The notes beneath the pieces are model-generated. The model was not told the origin of the DNA. It was given only the letters and a program-made list of their open reading frames with translations, and did not search any database. Below are positions 48,230 through 59,982 of a stretch of DNA of 64,000 nt, piece by piece. This DNA comes from Cladosporium halotolerans (Eukaryota): positions 124,001-188,000 of the forward strand of contig NW_027191459.1 of assembly GCF_011745625.1 (NCBI RefSeq). The letters run 5' to 3'. Both the position numbers and the translations under genes were made by a program. Every line of letters starts with the position of its first letter. The first letter of the stretch is position 1.

Positions 48230-48457
48230 ATAGTGCATCAAAACATGTATTTTTTGGAACGTCGCTTTACAAGATTCTTGCCGTTCCCTGACACTCTTCA
48301 TGCGAAGGCTTTCAAGTGGGGCGCCGCAAGACTTCACTTCACAGCCCACTTCAATGCAATTGCAACGCCAGCCCCACACCAATATATGAACATAGAAAAT
48401 GATATAAAACAGGTGTGTTAGAAATAGTGTATCGTAGATTGTGCAGCTCTGGTTGTC

Positions 48458-48474
48458 AAAAAGAAAAAAAAAAA
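48458..48474 (-). terminator. Oligo-T run (T11-C-T5), candidate Pol III terminator
   Basis: Begins 6 nt after the 3' closing helix of the tandem element on the minus strand. Confidence 0.55.
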
Positions 48475-48480
48475 GATTGT

Positions 48481-48785
48481 GGATCCACCTTCTCGTTCAC
48501 CCTGGGCTGCCATTATGGTCCACGTTGACGTAGAGCGGTTGGACGACGTGAATCGAACCCAAGAAACTTCGCTAAGTCACCTGCAACAAGTGACCGCCGG
48601 AAAGGCAACCAATCCGTAGTTGTGGCGGACCCATCCCCCCCCCATTCGTTCACCCTGGGCTGCCATTATGGTCTACGTTAGCGTAGAGCGGTTGGACGAC
48701 GTGAATCGAACCCGAGAACTTCGCTAAGCCACTTGCAACAAGCGACCGCCGGAAAGGCAACCAATCCGTAGTTTCAGGGGGGATG
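48481..48785 (-). ncRNA. Candidate two-domain structured ncRNA (unassigned family)
   Basis: Two ~128-nt copies, each enclosed by a different helix (CAUCCCCCC/GGGGGGAUG and GGGUCCGCC/GGUGGAUCC). Substitutions between copies preserve pairing through G-U. Each copy has a GGTTCGATTC B-box-like motif, and a T-run follows. Confidence 0.7.
48493..48773. repeat. Direct tandem repeat, copies 48493-48621 and 48646-48773
   Basis: Manual alignment shows 7 substitutions and 1 indel over ~128 nt, with a 24-nt non-repeated spacer. Confidence 0.97.
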
Positions 48786-49050
48786 ACGACATTGGGAAAA
48801 CACAGAATAAATAGCCTTGCTGCACGACGCTCGCTTCTTTGGGACGGTGGAGCTCGTGTGCGTATTTGTGGTACTGCGCAGTGCACAGTGAGGTACACGG
48901 ACAGTGCACTCGGTCTTGGTGGGTGTTGTGCGGATGGGAGGAGAGAGTGGTGGTCCCAGGCCTCGTATGCTGCGACGCCTTTCACGGTGAAATATCGATC
49001 TTGGATGTAGGAAGACAGTGCTCTCGAAGAGACACCCTGAAGAACCTATT

Positions 49051-50047
49051 TCATCTTCGAGCCTTCATGCCTTTTGCTTTCGGAGGCGGCGGAGGTCTCT
49101 GCCCCTTTCCTCCTGCAGCGCCTGCAGTGACGGGCGCAGGGCGGTTGGCCATGACAACAGGCTTCGCAGCCGTCGACGCCGCCTTCACCGGCTCTTGCCC
49201 CTTGATTGGGATTTGCTCCCACATCTTCTCCCACACTCCGGGTGCAAAACTCTTGTTCCTCGCCGTCATATTAACCCAGTATTTTCCATACATGCGCAGT
49301 GCCAACCGCCCGCCCAGATAGGTAGGAGCTTGAGCAACCTGCTTCTCGCGCCCGAGGGGCACATGCTCCAAATTTGCGGACAGGTTGACTCCTGGAAGGC
49401 GTCGTAGGTCGCCGAAGAACATTTCCTTGTGCGTTGGCCAGGGCAACCAACGCATCGACTGGATCATGATTTTGGTCTCCGGGGGCGTCTTCTCGGCAAA
49501 TCGCATGAGCGCCTCCTGGTTCTTCTTTGCGGCAGAAGGGAGCAGCACTCGAATTGTCGAGACATAAGGCGCAGACAGCATTGCAAACGCGGCGAGTGGG
49601 ATTGCGCTTCCGACGATGACGCCGGGCACCCACCACATGGAGTGGTCCGGGCTGAAGTACATACGAGGTGCAACAGTGAAGCACCCGAGGCCGAACACGA
49701 CTATGGTCACGAGACGAGTCATTCCAGTCATCAGTGTTGCAATTTGGCCACCTTGATAGACGTTGAGGAGGTCGAGGGAAGAAATGACTGGCATTGTCAG
49801 GACGAACCGGTCTACGAGACTAGGATAGCGCAAATGACATACTTGAATTAAGCCTCGCTTTAGTTGCGGCTGCGACTGGGCTTCGTGTGGCAACAAAGCG
49901 TGTTGCACCACATGGCTGCGAAAGTCGCTGTTGGCGCGCAAGCGTCTCGGTGATGCCAGAGCGAGCCAAAGGTGCGCGCAAGCTGCCCAAAGGGCGCCGC
50001 AGCAGCGGAAATGAATGACAATGCCTAGCGGCGCGTAAGGAAAACAT
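49051..50047 (-). CDS. Hypothetical mitochondrial membrane protein (2 predicted TM helices), 1 intron
   Basis: Arg/Ser/Leu-rich presequence-like MFSLRAARH..; intron ~49790-49842 (GTATGT..CTGAC..CAG); then LNVYQGG..TM..TM..APYVSTIRVLLP..PGVWEKMWEQI. Confidence 0.75.
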
Positions 50048-50302
50048 CACATGACTAGGTATGCAGCTGTTGTGCAAGCGCATGCGAAGTGAGGTTCGAG
50101 TTCGCCAAATTTGGCGGCCCCAGTTGCTCTTCTCCGAGAACCCCTGCTTGTTCTCCACGCAGCGCGTTGACCCACCCCTAGCCAAGGTGCTTTTAGCTCC
50201 GAGCCAATCCAAATCGTAGATCCCGACCAACAGGGACGTTTACTTGTTCTCAATGTTGCTCGCTGCAGGAACGCGTTTATTCAAGTTTAGCAACACGTCA
50301 GG

Positions 50303-51451
50303 ATGAGGGTCCTTCGCTCGCTGGTTGCCCTCTCGTTAGCAGCCTGCGAGGCATTCGCCTACACCGATCTTGCCGATGGATCGCTGCAATCACTCTCCGT
50401 CGCCAGCGACGACTTCTCAATAACGAACGACGATGGCCTTCTTGCGCCCATATTAATACCGCGCGTACCGGGTACACCAGGAAATGACAAGGTTTTGCAG
50501 CATTTTGTCGACTTCTTCACCAACAACCTCCCGGAGTGGAAGCTGGCCTTCCAAAACTCCTCGAGTACTACACCTACATCTGGAGGGAAGGAGGTACCCT
50601 TTAGGAACTTGATCGCGACTCGCGACCCGCCCTGGGTCGATGGAGAGGGAGAGGTTGGACGGCTGGCGCTCGTCGCGCATTTTGACTCAAAACTCACGCC
50701 CAAGAACTTCATCGGAGCAACAGACAGCGCGGCGCCATGCGCGATGCTTTTGCACGCCGCTCGCGGCATCGATGCAGCGCTGACGGCCAAGTGGGCCGCC
50801 ATGGAAGCGGAAGGGGAAAGAGACGAGTTCGAAGAGCACAAAGGCGTACAAATTCTGCTGCTGGACGGAGAGGAGGCTTTTGCGACTTGGACGCACACCG
50901 ACTCGGTTTACGGTGCAAGAGCTCTGGCGGAAGAGTGGGAGACCACGATGAACCCTGCGATGTCCACATACAAGAACCCGTTGGAGAGCATCGACCTCTT
51001 CGTGCTTCTTGATCTGTTGGGCGCGAAGAACCCGGCCGTCCCCTCCTACTTCAAGACAACGCATTGGGCATACAAGAAGATGGCAGCGGTCGAGGACCGT
51101 TTGCGCAAGGCCGACAGACTCAAATCAAAGCCCGACGGGAACTTTCTCTGGGAGGGCGACAAGAGTGAGCATGACCGCTGGTCTGGCGGCATGATCGAAG
51201 ATGACCATATCCCGTTTATGGCCAGGGGTGTAGAGATTTTGCATATCATCCCGAGCCCATTCCCATCTGTCTGGCATACCAGTAAAGATGATGGCAAGCA
51301 TCTTGATCTCGATGTTGTTGAGGACTGGGCTATGATTACAACAGCATTTGCAGCAGAGTGGATGGAGCTTGAGGGATACATGCACAACAAAGCAAAGCCA
51401 AAGCGGAACAGCAAGCGCAGCTTGGGTGAGGCAGAAAAAAGCGAGCTGTGA
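50303..51451 (+). CDS. Glutaminyl-peptide cyclotransferase (peptidase M28 family)
   Basis: Signal peptide; PRVPGT, AHFDSK, FIGATDSAAPC, DGEEAF, LLDLLG, IEDDHIPF and FPSVWHT motifs; C-terminal KSEL. Confidence 0.93.
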   Translation: MRVLRSLVALSLAACEAFAYTDLADGSLQSLSVASDDFSITNDDGLLAPILIPRVPGTPGNDKVLQHFVDFFTNNLPEWKLAFQNSSSTTPTSGGKEVPFRNLIATRDPPWVDGEGEVGRLALVAHFDSKLTPKNFIGATDSAAPCAMLLHAARGIDAALTAKWAAMEAEGERDEFEEHKGVQILLLDGEEAFATWTHTDSVYGARALAEEWETTMNPAMSTYKNPLESIDLFVLLDLLGAKNPAVPSYFKTTHWAYKKMAAVEDRLRKADRLKSKPDGNFLWEGDKSEHDRWSGGMIEDDHIPFMARGVEILHIIPSPFPSVWHTSKDDGKHLDLDVVEDWAMITTAFAAEWMELEGYMHNKAKPKRNSKRSLGEAEKSEL

Positions 51452-51788
51452 GTATGTCTGGTGGAATGACACAATGGCATGCTGGGTTCTTGATGCTAAC
51501 GATCAAGCAGAGCGTGATAGCTCCCAGAGCATCCAAACCGCGCGATTCTCAATGGTGCTCGTTCGACACATACTATAGTTCCGTTGCGTTAGTAAACGCG
51601 TGGGTGTTGTTCTCAAAGTGCCAAGGAATTCTTCACTCTTTGTTCATGGGAGCATGCTTTGTTGTCGAGATGCCCAGAATTTTCCGGATTCGGCGGTTCG
51701 TCTTTGTTCTTTAGTGCACTTAACCAGGGCGGCAAGTTTCTGACACGTTCCGCTGTCAGACACGAACGATACTATCACAGTGCACATC

Positions 51789-52769
51789 ATGTTCAGCTCA
51801 GGCCACAGGTCCCGCCGTGTTACTCTCGCAGCAGAGCTGCTGGATGATATTCTCAGCCAAACAAGCCTAGGAGCGGAAGATCGCGAATCTCTCGTGGAGC
51901 AAGTCTTGCTCGAAGCCATAGGAAGCCAACAAGCACCATTGCTATCTTCGCGCAGTAGAAGGTCTCGCAGATCTTCGATCCGCGCGCCAGCATACAACCC
52001 CGAGGAGCCAGGTACTGAGGAGCGTTTGATCCCATACGATCCCAACGATTTGCAACCACTCTCTTTTGGCGCTTGGCGGAGTCACCGAGCTTCTTCCTCC
52101 AACAGTTCCAGATCCGCGTTGCGGTACTCGCCCACAACCCCTCCGTCCAGCTCCTGGAGCCGCTCTGAAAGATTCTCACAACCATACGACCTGAGTTCTC
52201 CACTTCTTCCGCACACAGGGGTCTCGAATGGAATGCGTGATCTGAATTTGTACACCCCAGTCAGGTTTCAAAGCAGATCTCCTTCCGTTCTCCCTGGTGG
52301 CGAGCGCTCGCGAGTCTCCAGTGTTTCTGACATTGATTATCGATCGGATTCGGACGAGCTTTTTGTGACGCAAGCCGACATGCATGCATGCATGAACACT
52401 TTGTTCCAGGAAATTGAGACTGTACAACATCGTTTGGAGCAGGCCTTTTACAAGCACTTAGAGCAGCTGTGGAATCGGTTAGAGAGCCTAATGGAAAACA
52501 CCGCGGCAGCTTCTTCAGTGCGCGATCTCGGGTCGAGAGAGCGAACAGCACTCTCGTCTACCGATGAGCGGAAAGCCAGGAAACCAAGTACTGCGAGTCG
52601 GAAACGCAAGGCCTCTACAGAGAAGAGAGTGTCTTTTGGATCACCCGTAATGGTCTCGGAGGCGCCGCCTAAAAAGCGACGGAAAGTGTCACCAGACGTG
52701 CCTGCGAAGAGGGAGCAGCGGTCTCAAGGTAGATCGCTCCGTCGAAGCGCGAGGCTTAGAGCAGGATAG
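51789..52769 (+). CDS. Hypothetical Ser/Arg-rich protein with basic NLS-like C-terminus
   Basis: ~326-aa ORF with a short helical region and PPKKRRKV/LRRSARL motifs. Confidence 0.65.
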   Translation: MFSSGHRSRRVTLAAELLDDILSQTSLGAEDRESLVEQVLLEAIGSQQAPLLSSRSRRSRRSSIRAPAYNPEEPGTEERLIPYDPNDLQPLSFGAWRSHRASSSNSSRSALRYSPTTPPSSSWSRSERFSQPYDLSSPLLPHTGVSNGMRDLNLYTPVRFQSRSPSVLPGGERSRVSSVSDIDYRSDSDELFVTQADMHACMNTLFQEIETVQHRLEQAFYKHLEQLWNRLESLMENTAAASSVRDLGSRERTALSSTDERKARKPSTASRKRKASTEKRVSFGSPVMVSEAPPKKRRKVSPDVPAKREQRSQGRSLRRSARLRAG

Positions 52770-53153
52770 AGCTTGATACGTCTTGTCAATGGCACATGGC
52801 AGTCTTGGATCTCAAAGCCTCGCATAGGACCAAGTTCGGTTCGGTGCTCTAGAGATAGATAAACAACATTTTCCAGCTCACTCATTTCTCATTTTCTGTT
52901 GCCTTCTTGTCCTATCAAATCGACGTGCTCTAGATACATTACTACCAGTACAACATCATTTTCTCCCTTCGTGTGGCAAGAGCTCGAGGAGTGCATGATT
53001 ACATGACACTACCAGAGGGGCGAGCGACCTTATGACGTTCGATAGCGACATTCCAATCATAGTGCAGCCATTGCTCGAAAGTTTGAGAGAGATTGATCTC
53101 CAATTGAAAACAGTCTATAGCTCTATCGTCTCATGCGCGCATCACACGAGCTA

Positions 53154-54884
53154 TCAGGTCCTCAAAAGCCTCGCTCCTTGTCCAACAAGACCCGCAAATC
53201 TACCACGAACGACGTCTTGAAAGTCCTTCCAGCCTCCCGCCCTTCGTACACCCAATGCTCCAGCCGCAAGCAGGGCAACGAGAACAGTCGTAGACAGCGC
53301 AGTCTGCAAGGTCTTGTACCCACCAATCCTCAAAATCTTGTGTCGCTTCTTCGCATCAACGTACTCGAAGTCGTTACCCGGAATGAAGACACTGCGGAGC
53401 CAGAACATGAATTGATAGCCTGGGTACATGGCAATGTTCATGCCAGTTGATGGGTCGAGAGCCCAATTCGTGCAGCCGGAGGCCCACACAAGTTTGCTTA
53501 GCTCCTTTTGCATCCACGTGCTGTCTCTCTTCGCCGCATCGAACTTTACATCGACCACGTTGGTAGATGGTGCAGGAAGGAGAGAACGGCTAGTCGTCTT
53601 GGATTTGATCAACGGGTCGATAAGGCGCAAAATGAAGTTGATCTGGCATTCCACCGTATAGATGACCGACAAGTGGCCAGTCACGGTGTTTGGACCCATC
53701 AAAGTGAAGAAGTTGGGGAAGCCGGGCACACATGTACCGAGGTATGCCTGAGCGGCGCCTTGGTAGTGCTCGTCCCAGTGCTCGTTGAGACTGACGCCGT
53801 TCTGTCCATAGATCTCCATGGGAAAGAGCATGCGGAAGACCTGGAAGCCAGTAGCCATGACAATAGCGTCTGCGGGTATCTCCCTGCCGCTCTGAGTTCT
53901 TACGCCGCTGGCTGTGAGCTCTTTCACGTTGTCATCGGCAACGAGCTCGACATTGTCTCTGTGCAGGCATTCAAGATAGCCAGTGTCCATCACCTTGCGC
54001 TTGCATCCAATCTCAATTTTTGGAATGAGGGCATCCCAGTACTCTTCAGGAGCCATGCGTTTGACGTAGCGTTCGTTTTCTTCGATGAGTCCTTGACGAA
54101 TACCCCTACCACCTTCAGTCTCCATACTGGCGAAGTCTTTCTCCATGTCGGCGTAGAGCTTGAGCCGGTACAGCCTCATTGCGAATGGCATGTACTTCAT
54201 CATGGCCTTGAAAGCTGGTGAGTATACAGGATTTGGGCGCTCCGCCAGATATTGTGCTTGTCTCGCGAATTGTGTGAGTCTGCGTGAATCCTGTGCCATC
54301 ACAGGTACGAACTGCGTCGCAGAGCATCCGTTGCCGAGGACAACTACATCTTTGTCCTTCCAATCAAAGCTGTGGTCCCAGAGCGCGGAATGGAACAGCT
54401 TGCCTTGGTATTCGTCGGCGCCAGGGAGTTCGCAGTCTCTCGGAACAGAGAGATTACCTACGCCAGACACTAGAATGCGGCTTCGCTTGGTGTATGCCTC
54501 TTTCGTCTGTTGGTTCTTCAAAGTAGTCTCCCAAAACTGGCCAGCATCGTTCCAGTGAGCGCTCTCCACGATGGTGTTGAAAGTAATGTGAGGCACAATC
54601 TTGTATTTCTCAGCAATGCCTCGGAAGTAAGCCTGGATCTCTGATCGCATCGAGAACTTTTGGCTCCAGTTGGGGTTCAGCTCGAAGCTGTAGCTGTAGA
54701 AGTGTGATGCGACGTCACAGCCGCACCCAGGATATGTGTTGACGAGCCATGTGCCACCGACATCCGCGACTTTCTCAACGATCTGAAAGTCTCGGTACCC
54801 GTAATTCCGGATGAGCTGGACAGCCAGTCCAAGACCTGACATGCCAGCTCCGATGATAAGAATGTCCGTGTCTAGGTTAGCCAT
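53154..54884 (-). CDS. Baeyer-Villiger/FMO-type flavin monooxygenase with C-terminal membrane anchor
   Basis: IIGAGMSG, GGTWLVNTYPGCGCD, YQGKLFHSALW, LGNGCSA, ATGF and PNFFTLMGPN motifs; hydrophobic tail. Confidence 0.93.
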   Translation of the reverse strand: MANLDTDILIIGAGMSGLGLAVQLIRNYGYRDFQIVEKVADVGGTWLVNTYPGCGCDVASHFYSYSFELNPNWSQKFSMRSEIQAYFRGIAEKYKIVPHITFNTIVESAHWNDAGQFWETTLKNQQTKEAYTKRSRILVSGVGNLSVPRDCELPGADEYQGKLFHSALWDHSFDWKDKDVVVLGNGCSATQFVPVMAQDSRRLTQFARQAQYLAERPNPVYSPAFKAMMKYMPFAMRLYRLKLYADMEKDFASMETEGGRGIRQGLIEENERYVKRMAPEEYWDALIPKIEIGCKRKVMDTGYLECLHRDNVELVADDNVKELTASGVRTQSGREIPADAIVMATGFQVFRMLFPMEIYGQNGVSLNEHWDEHYQGAAQAYLGTCVPGFPNFFTLMGPNTVTGHLSVIYTVECQINFILRLIDPLIKSKTTSRSLLPAPSTNVVDVKFDAAKRDSTWMQKELSKLVWASGCTNWALDPSTGMNIAMYPGYQFMFWLRSVFIPGNDFEYVDAKKRHKILRIGGYKTLQTALSTTVLVALLAAGALGVRRAGGWKDFQDVVRGRFAGLVGQGARLLRT

Positions 54885-55413
54885 ATTGAGTATGGTGTTT
54901 TAGGGGGAACTTTGAAGAGAGTAGGAGTAAAGTCATAAGGAAACGAGCGATCACGCTCGCAGTTATACTTGGACCTCTCGGGGCGCGACCGGCATACTGT
55001 TGCCACGGCGCATAGGTGTACCTGCCCCAAGTCGCGCCTGTGGAGGCGCGGGGAGAGTGTGGAGACGACTGAGGATGCGAGCGATGTCTAGCGGCCTTTG
55101 AAGCGATCGGCAACTGGACCGAAGGAAACTGCGGCTCACTTGCCTTTCCTTCAACTCGGCAGACTTTTACCAGCAATGATAGGCGAGCGACACGTGACGC
55201 GACTCCAAGAGCCACCTTCCAGTACTGCTGGCATATGCGATGCACGACCGTCAATGCACTCGACCTTTGACTGCCCATCGGCAGAAGTAACAACAAGCCG
55301 CGACGAACTCGTGACATGTCGACGAGCCAACCCGATTTTTTCTATGAAGGCGGTGAAAGTGATGGCATCCACCGGCGCCTGAATGATGCCATCTTCCGAA
55401 CACGCAAAATCCG

Positions 55414-56274
55414 TTAATCATCATAGCAAGCCCTAAAGCCCTTCCCAATTCCGTCCCAACCGATCAGTCGGTTTGCGATGTCATTTGCGTAGCTGGCCGT
55501 CCCCCACTTAGCCTCATACAGATTGCCATCAGTCGCGACAGAACCCGAGTTATAACTCCTCGCCGCAGTGTAAGGTTGCCCGGCTGCGGGTCGTGAACCC
55601 AGCTCAAACCACCAGAAAGAAACTGCGCATATCCTGGCCCACCATGGCCCGTCTTACCACCTGAAGTCGTACCTTGAACGCCCTCTCGGATCATTTGCAA
55701 GATCGAAGCCTCTGCGTTCCATGGGTCGAACGAATGCGAATTGAATGAGGCCTGCATGAGGCCGCAGTGAAGCATGTGCCCTGTGCAATGGACTGAAGCT
55801 TTTCCAGAAGACTGAGAGACGTTAACTTGCGATCCCTCACGCATAATCGTATGCCGAACATACCTCTTGCATTACAGCCGCCAGGATTAAGCGAGGGCTC
55901 ACGTTGCTGTCATCCGCAACCTGGAGGATAGACTGTCGAACGTATCTCTGGATGTCGGCATTGCTATTGTTGTTCGAGAGAATTGCTTCTTCGTTGATGT
56001 CCCATAGTGTATCGAAAGATAGCCACTCGTCGATAATCGGGTAGCTGGACACATCTCCGTGAAAACATTGATACCCTTCTGCATTTGGACATGTGCGTCC
56101 TTCATGGATGTCTTCTTGTACCCAACGCAAGTTCTCTCCATAATCAGCTTTTGGTTGGCCGTTGAAGCCTTTATATAGGTTCGCATTGCTGTGTCCGTTG
56201 GGCTCCCTGTTTCCACCAGGTACCGGCGTAGCCGTCGCGATCGTCACGAGTGCTGAGATTAGAAACAGCTCCAT
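55414..56274 (-). pseudogene. Secreted lysozyme-like/lytic transglycosylase (GH23-like) gene with a 1-nt frameshift near 55573
   Basis: Signal peptide MELFLISALVTIATA; LILAAVMQE|SSG (intron 55812-55863) and GLMQ; after the frameshift YTAARSYNSG..SYANDIANRLIGW..*. Confidence 0.75.
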
Positions 56275-56931
56275 TGAAACCAGAAATGCGAGAGCGACAG
56301 TCTGAAGGAACGAGCGTACGAGTCCTTTTACTTTGGAATGCCGCAGGTCAAGGAGCAACGAACGACAGTTTAGTTGGTATCGCCACGAGGACGTCTTCAT
56401 GGGGGAAATGGTTGTTGTACATGTCTTTACAGCAGCGTTCGGCCTTGGCCAACCTATGAAAGGAAGAAGTAACACGCTTTTCGCCAATTTGGATTTCACG
56501 GTACAATATGAGAAAGCACTCAAAACTGTAGTCATTTACAGCGAGATCTGGCATAGACTCTGCGTATTGGTGCAGAGCCTAGCAGCTTCACAGCCCGCAA
56601 TAATATGAGAAAGATGTTGGTTGGCTGTGGCGCAGTGAGGCATTGTGAGATTCAAGCTCATCAGCCCACTTTGCGATATGAGTAGATCTGGAAGCGAAGC
56701 AGGTCAATTGATCTACCGAGATGCAAGTCGCGTGTGTTTATACAGTAATCTATCAGACACGTGAAAATATAGGGCGAGACAGATTGGATGCCAACGACGT
56801 GGATGAGAGTTGCGCCGTCTTGCTCCGCGATGCTGGAGAGAGTTTCTGGGGTTGCGAGATCGGCCGCAGCGCGTCCAAAAACATTTCCCGAGCATCAAGC
56901 ACGCAGCTACAGTCAGCTCAACACCCGAACA

Positions 56932-58163
<1,232 letters not shown>

Positions 58164-58519
58164 AGTGGATGTATAGATGCATGTACCTAAAAAGTCGTCT
58201 TGAAGTTTGTTGCAAGATACTTGACCGGAGTCACAATTCTATTTTGCCATTATGTCACGTTTTTGATTGCCGCCTGCGATTCCGGGAAGATCATCCAGCG
58301 ATTGCATCGTCCGCCATATTGTTTCCTTATGTTGAATGTTTGTTGCGACAAATGGGCACTCATACCTGCCGCATCGGGAAACAAATTTGCCAAGCCATGA
58401 CGTTCCGCCCAAAAGTTCGTCATGTGAATGTGATGGCTGCACGTTGATGTTAGGCCTGCGGTTCATCTTTCGAGATTGTTACTAGAACGGACATTCTCTC
58501 GAAACGAGCGATAGTCAAG

Positions 58520-59588
58520 ATGGCGGACAAGTACATCCTCAACGTGACCGCAGGTCCCAACTACACCGACCAGAAGCCCATCCCCGTCAACAGCGAGAAG
58601 CCAACCCACATCGACTCGGCCAAATGCAGCGCGAACATCACCGCGCGCGTGCAGAACTACCGCGGCCTCCCTGAAGGCTCCCCAAAGACCTCGCCCTACT
58701 TCGACCACCCTCAGCACAAGAGCGACCTGTACTCGCTCGCCTTCACCTTCACGCCCAAGGAAGACATCAGCGGCCACGACCTCGTATTCGGCAACGACTT
58801 CGACCACCCCATCAGAGACAAGCTGCCGCCCGGCTTCAATCAGGCCTTCAACCTTGTCAAGTGGTTTATTGACCCGGGTCTTTACGGCGATGTATACTCA
58901 GACGAGCCGTACCTGTACGGTCCTCTGCTCAGCTCGATCAACACTTTGCGGATAGGACCGAAGGACGACAAGACGCAGGAGTCGGTTGAGGAAGAGCGTG
59001 CGAACCAGGAGCTGGTTGTGTTTGAGGAGGGCGCCGATGGCGATGGTGAGGAGGTTAGGAAGGAGAAGAGCTTGCCTGATACTGGTGCGGCGAGGAAGAA
59101 GCACTTCTTGACGGAGAACAACCTGCAGAACTTCACGTTCGAGAAGGGTAGGGAGTACAGCAATGACTTTTTCAATCCTTATCTGGACTTCAACGGTACG
59201 TCCATCGGTCCTGCACGTGAAGACGAACTTCTAACGTGCGAGCAGATTTCGCCCTCCGTCTCCCGGGCTACGGCATGATCCCCGGCATCACAATCCCCAT
59301 CATTAGCTTCTGGGACGGCCAGCCCCTCCGGTAAGTTCACCCTCAGCCCCGTGCGATTCATTTTCACGACACCAAATGTTGGGTGTATCTCCGCTTCGAT
59401 GTGCAAGGAAGGCTGATGACCATTTCTTGCTGACGCAAAGTACGCATTCGCTCAGATACGTTCTCAAGAACCGAGCAACAGACGAGACCCTTTTCGTCGT
59501 CGTCTTCACGCTGCAGCCGAAGGACGGCGAAGCTGCGAAGGAGGAGTCGAAGAAGGAAGACAAGGAGAACAACGATGATCTGGACTAG
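58520..59588 (+). CDS. DUF1769-like conserved fungal protein, 2 introns
   Basis: LNVTAGP, DLVFGNDFDHPIRD, WFIDPG, PYLYGP, DFFNPYLDFN|DFALRLPG and WDGQPLR|YVLKNR; family assignment from memory. Confidence 0.8.
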
Positions 59589-59982
59589 ACAATGGTGTTA
59601 CTAATTTTCCTTCGGGCCCATGCGACACGATATCCTGAACGCATTATCATGAGAGGGGCCTTAGGTTGGGAAGATTTCTAAATGATACAACCTTCACGGG
59701 CAACGCGATAGAACATGATGCATACGAGGGCGGAGACTCATCTTCTATCTTCAATATACTCGATACCATACTTTTTCGATTGATATTCAGTAGCCTCCAT
59801 TTCACATCTGACAACGGTGGTGGTATTCGAGCCTCGGTCCCGCACATTGAACAAGTCCTTCCATGCTTGTCCTGCTGAGCCGGCATTTCTCACTATCCCC
59901 CGATTGCTTCCATTGTGCAAAGACATGCTTTTCGTACTGCTCCTATTGCGCTTGACTCATCTGCGTGTCCTCCCGTTCCCGC

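Noticed and set aside
48493..48773. Tandem element as tRNA genes, CRISPR array or LTR pair
   Set aside because: No cloverleaf (the T-loop motif lacks a 5-bp stem); only two long copies in a eukaryote; no TG..CA ends, target-site duplication or internal ORF.
48650..48985. 111-aa ORF over the tandem element
   Set aside because: It covers only one copy, the indel between copies breaks frame, and the substitution pattern fits RNA structure rather than coding.
50092..50103. Isolated B-box-like GGTTCGAGTTC in a divergent promoter
   Set aside because: No A-box, cloverleaf or terminator; a chance match cannot be excluded.
53154..56274. Secondary-metabolite cluster around the monooxygenase
   Set aside because: No PKS, NRPS, terpene synthase, cluster transcription factor or exporter nearby.
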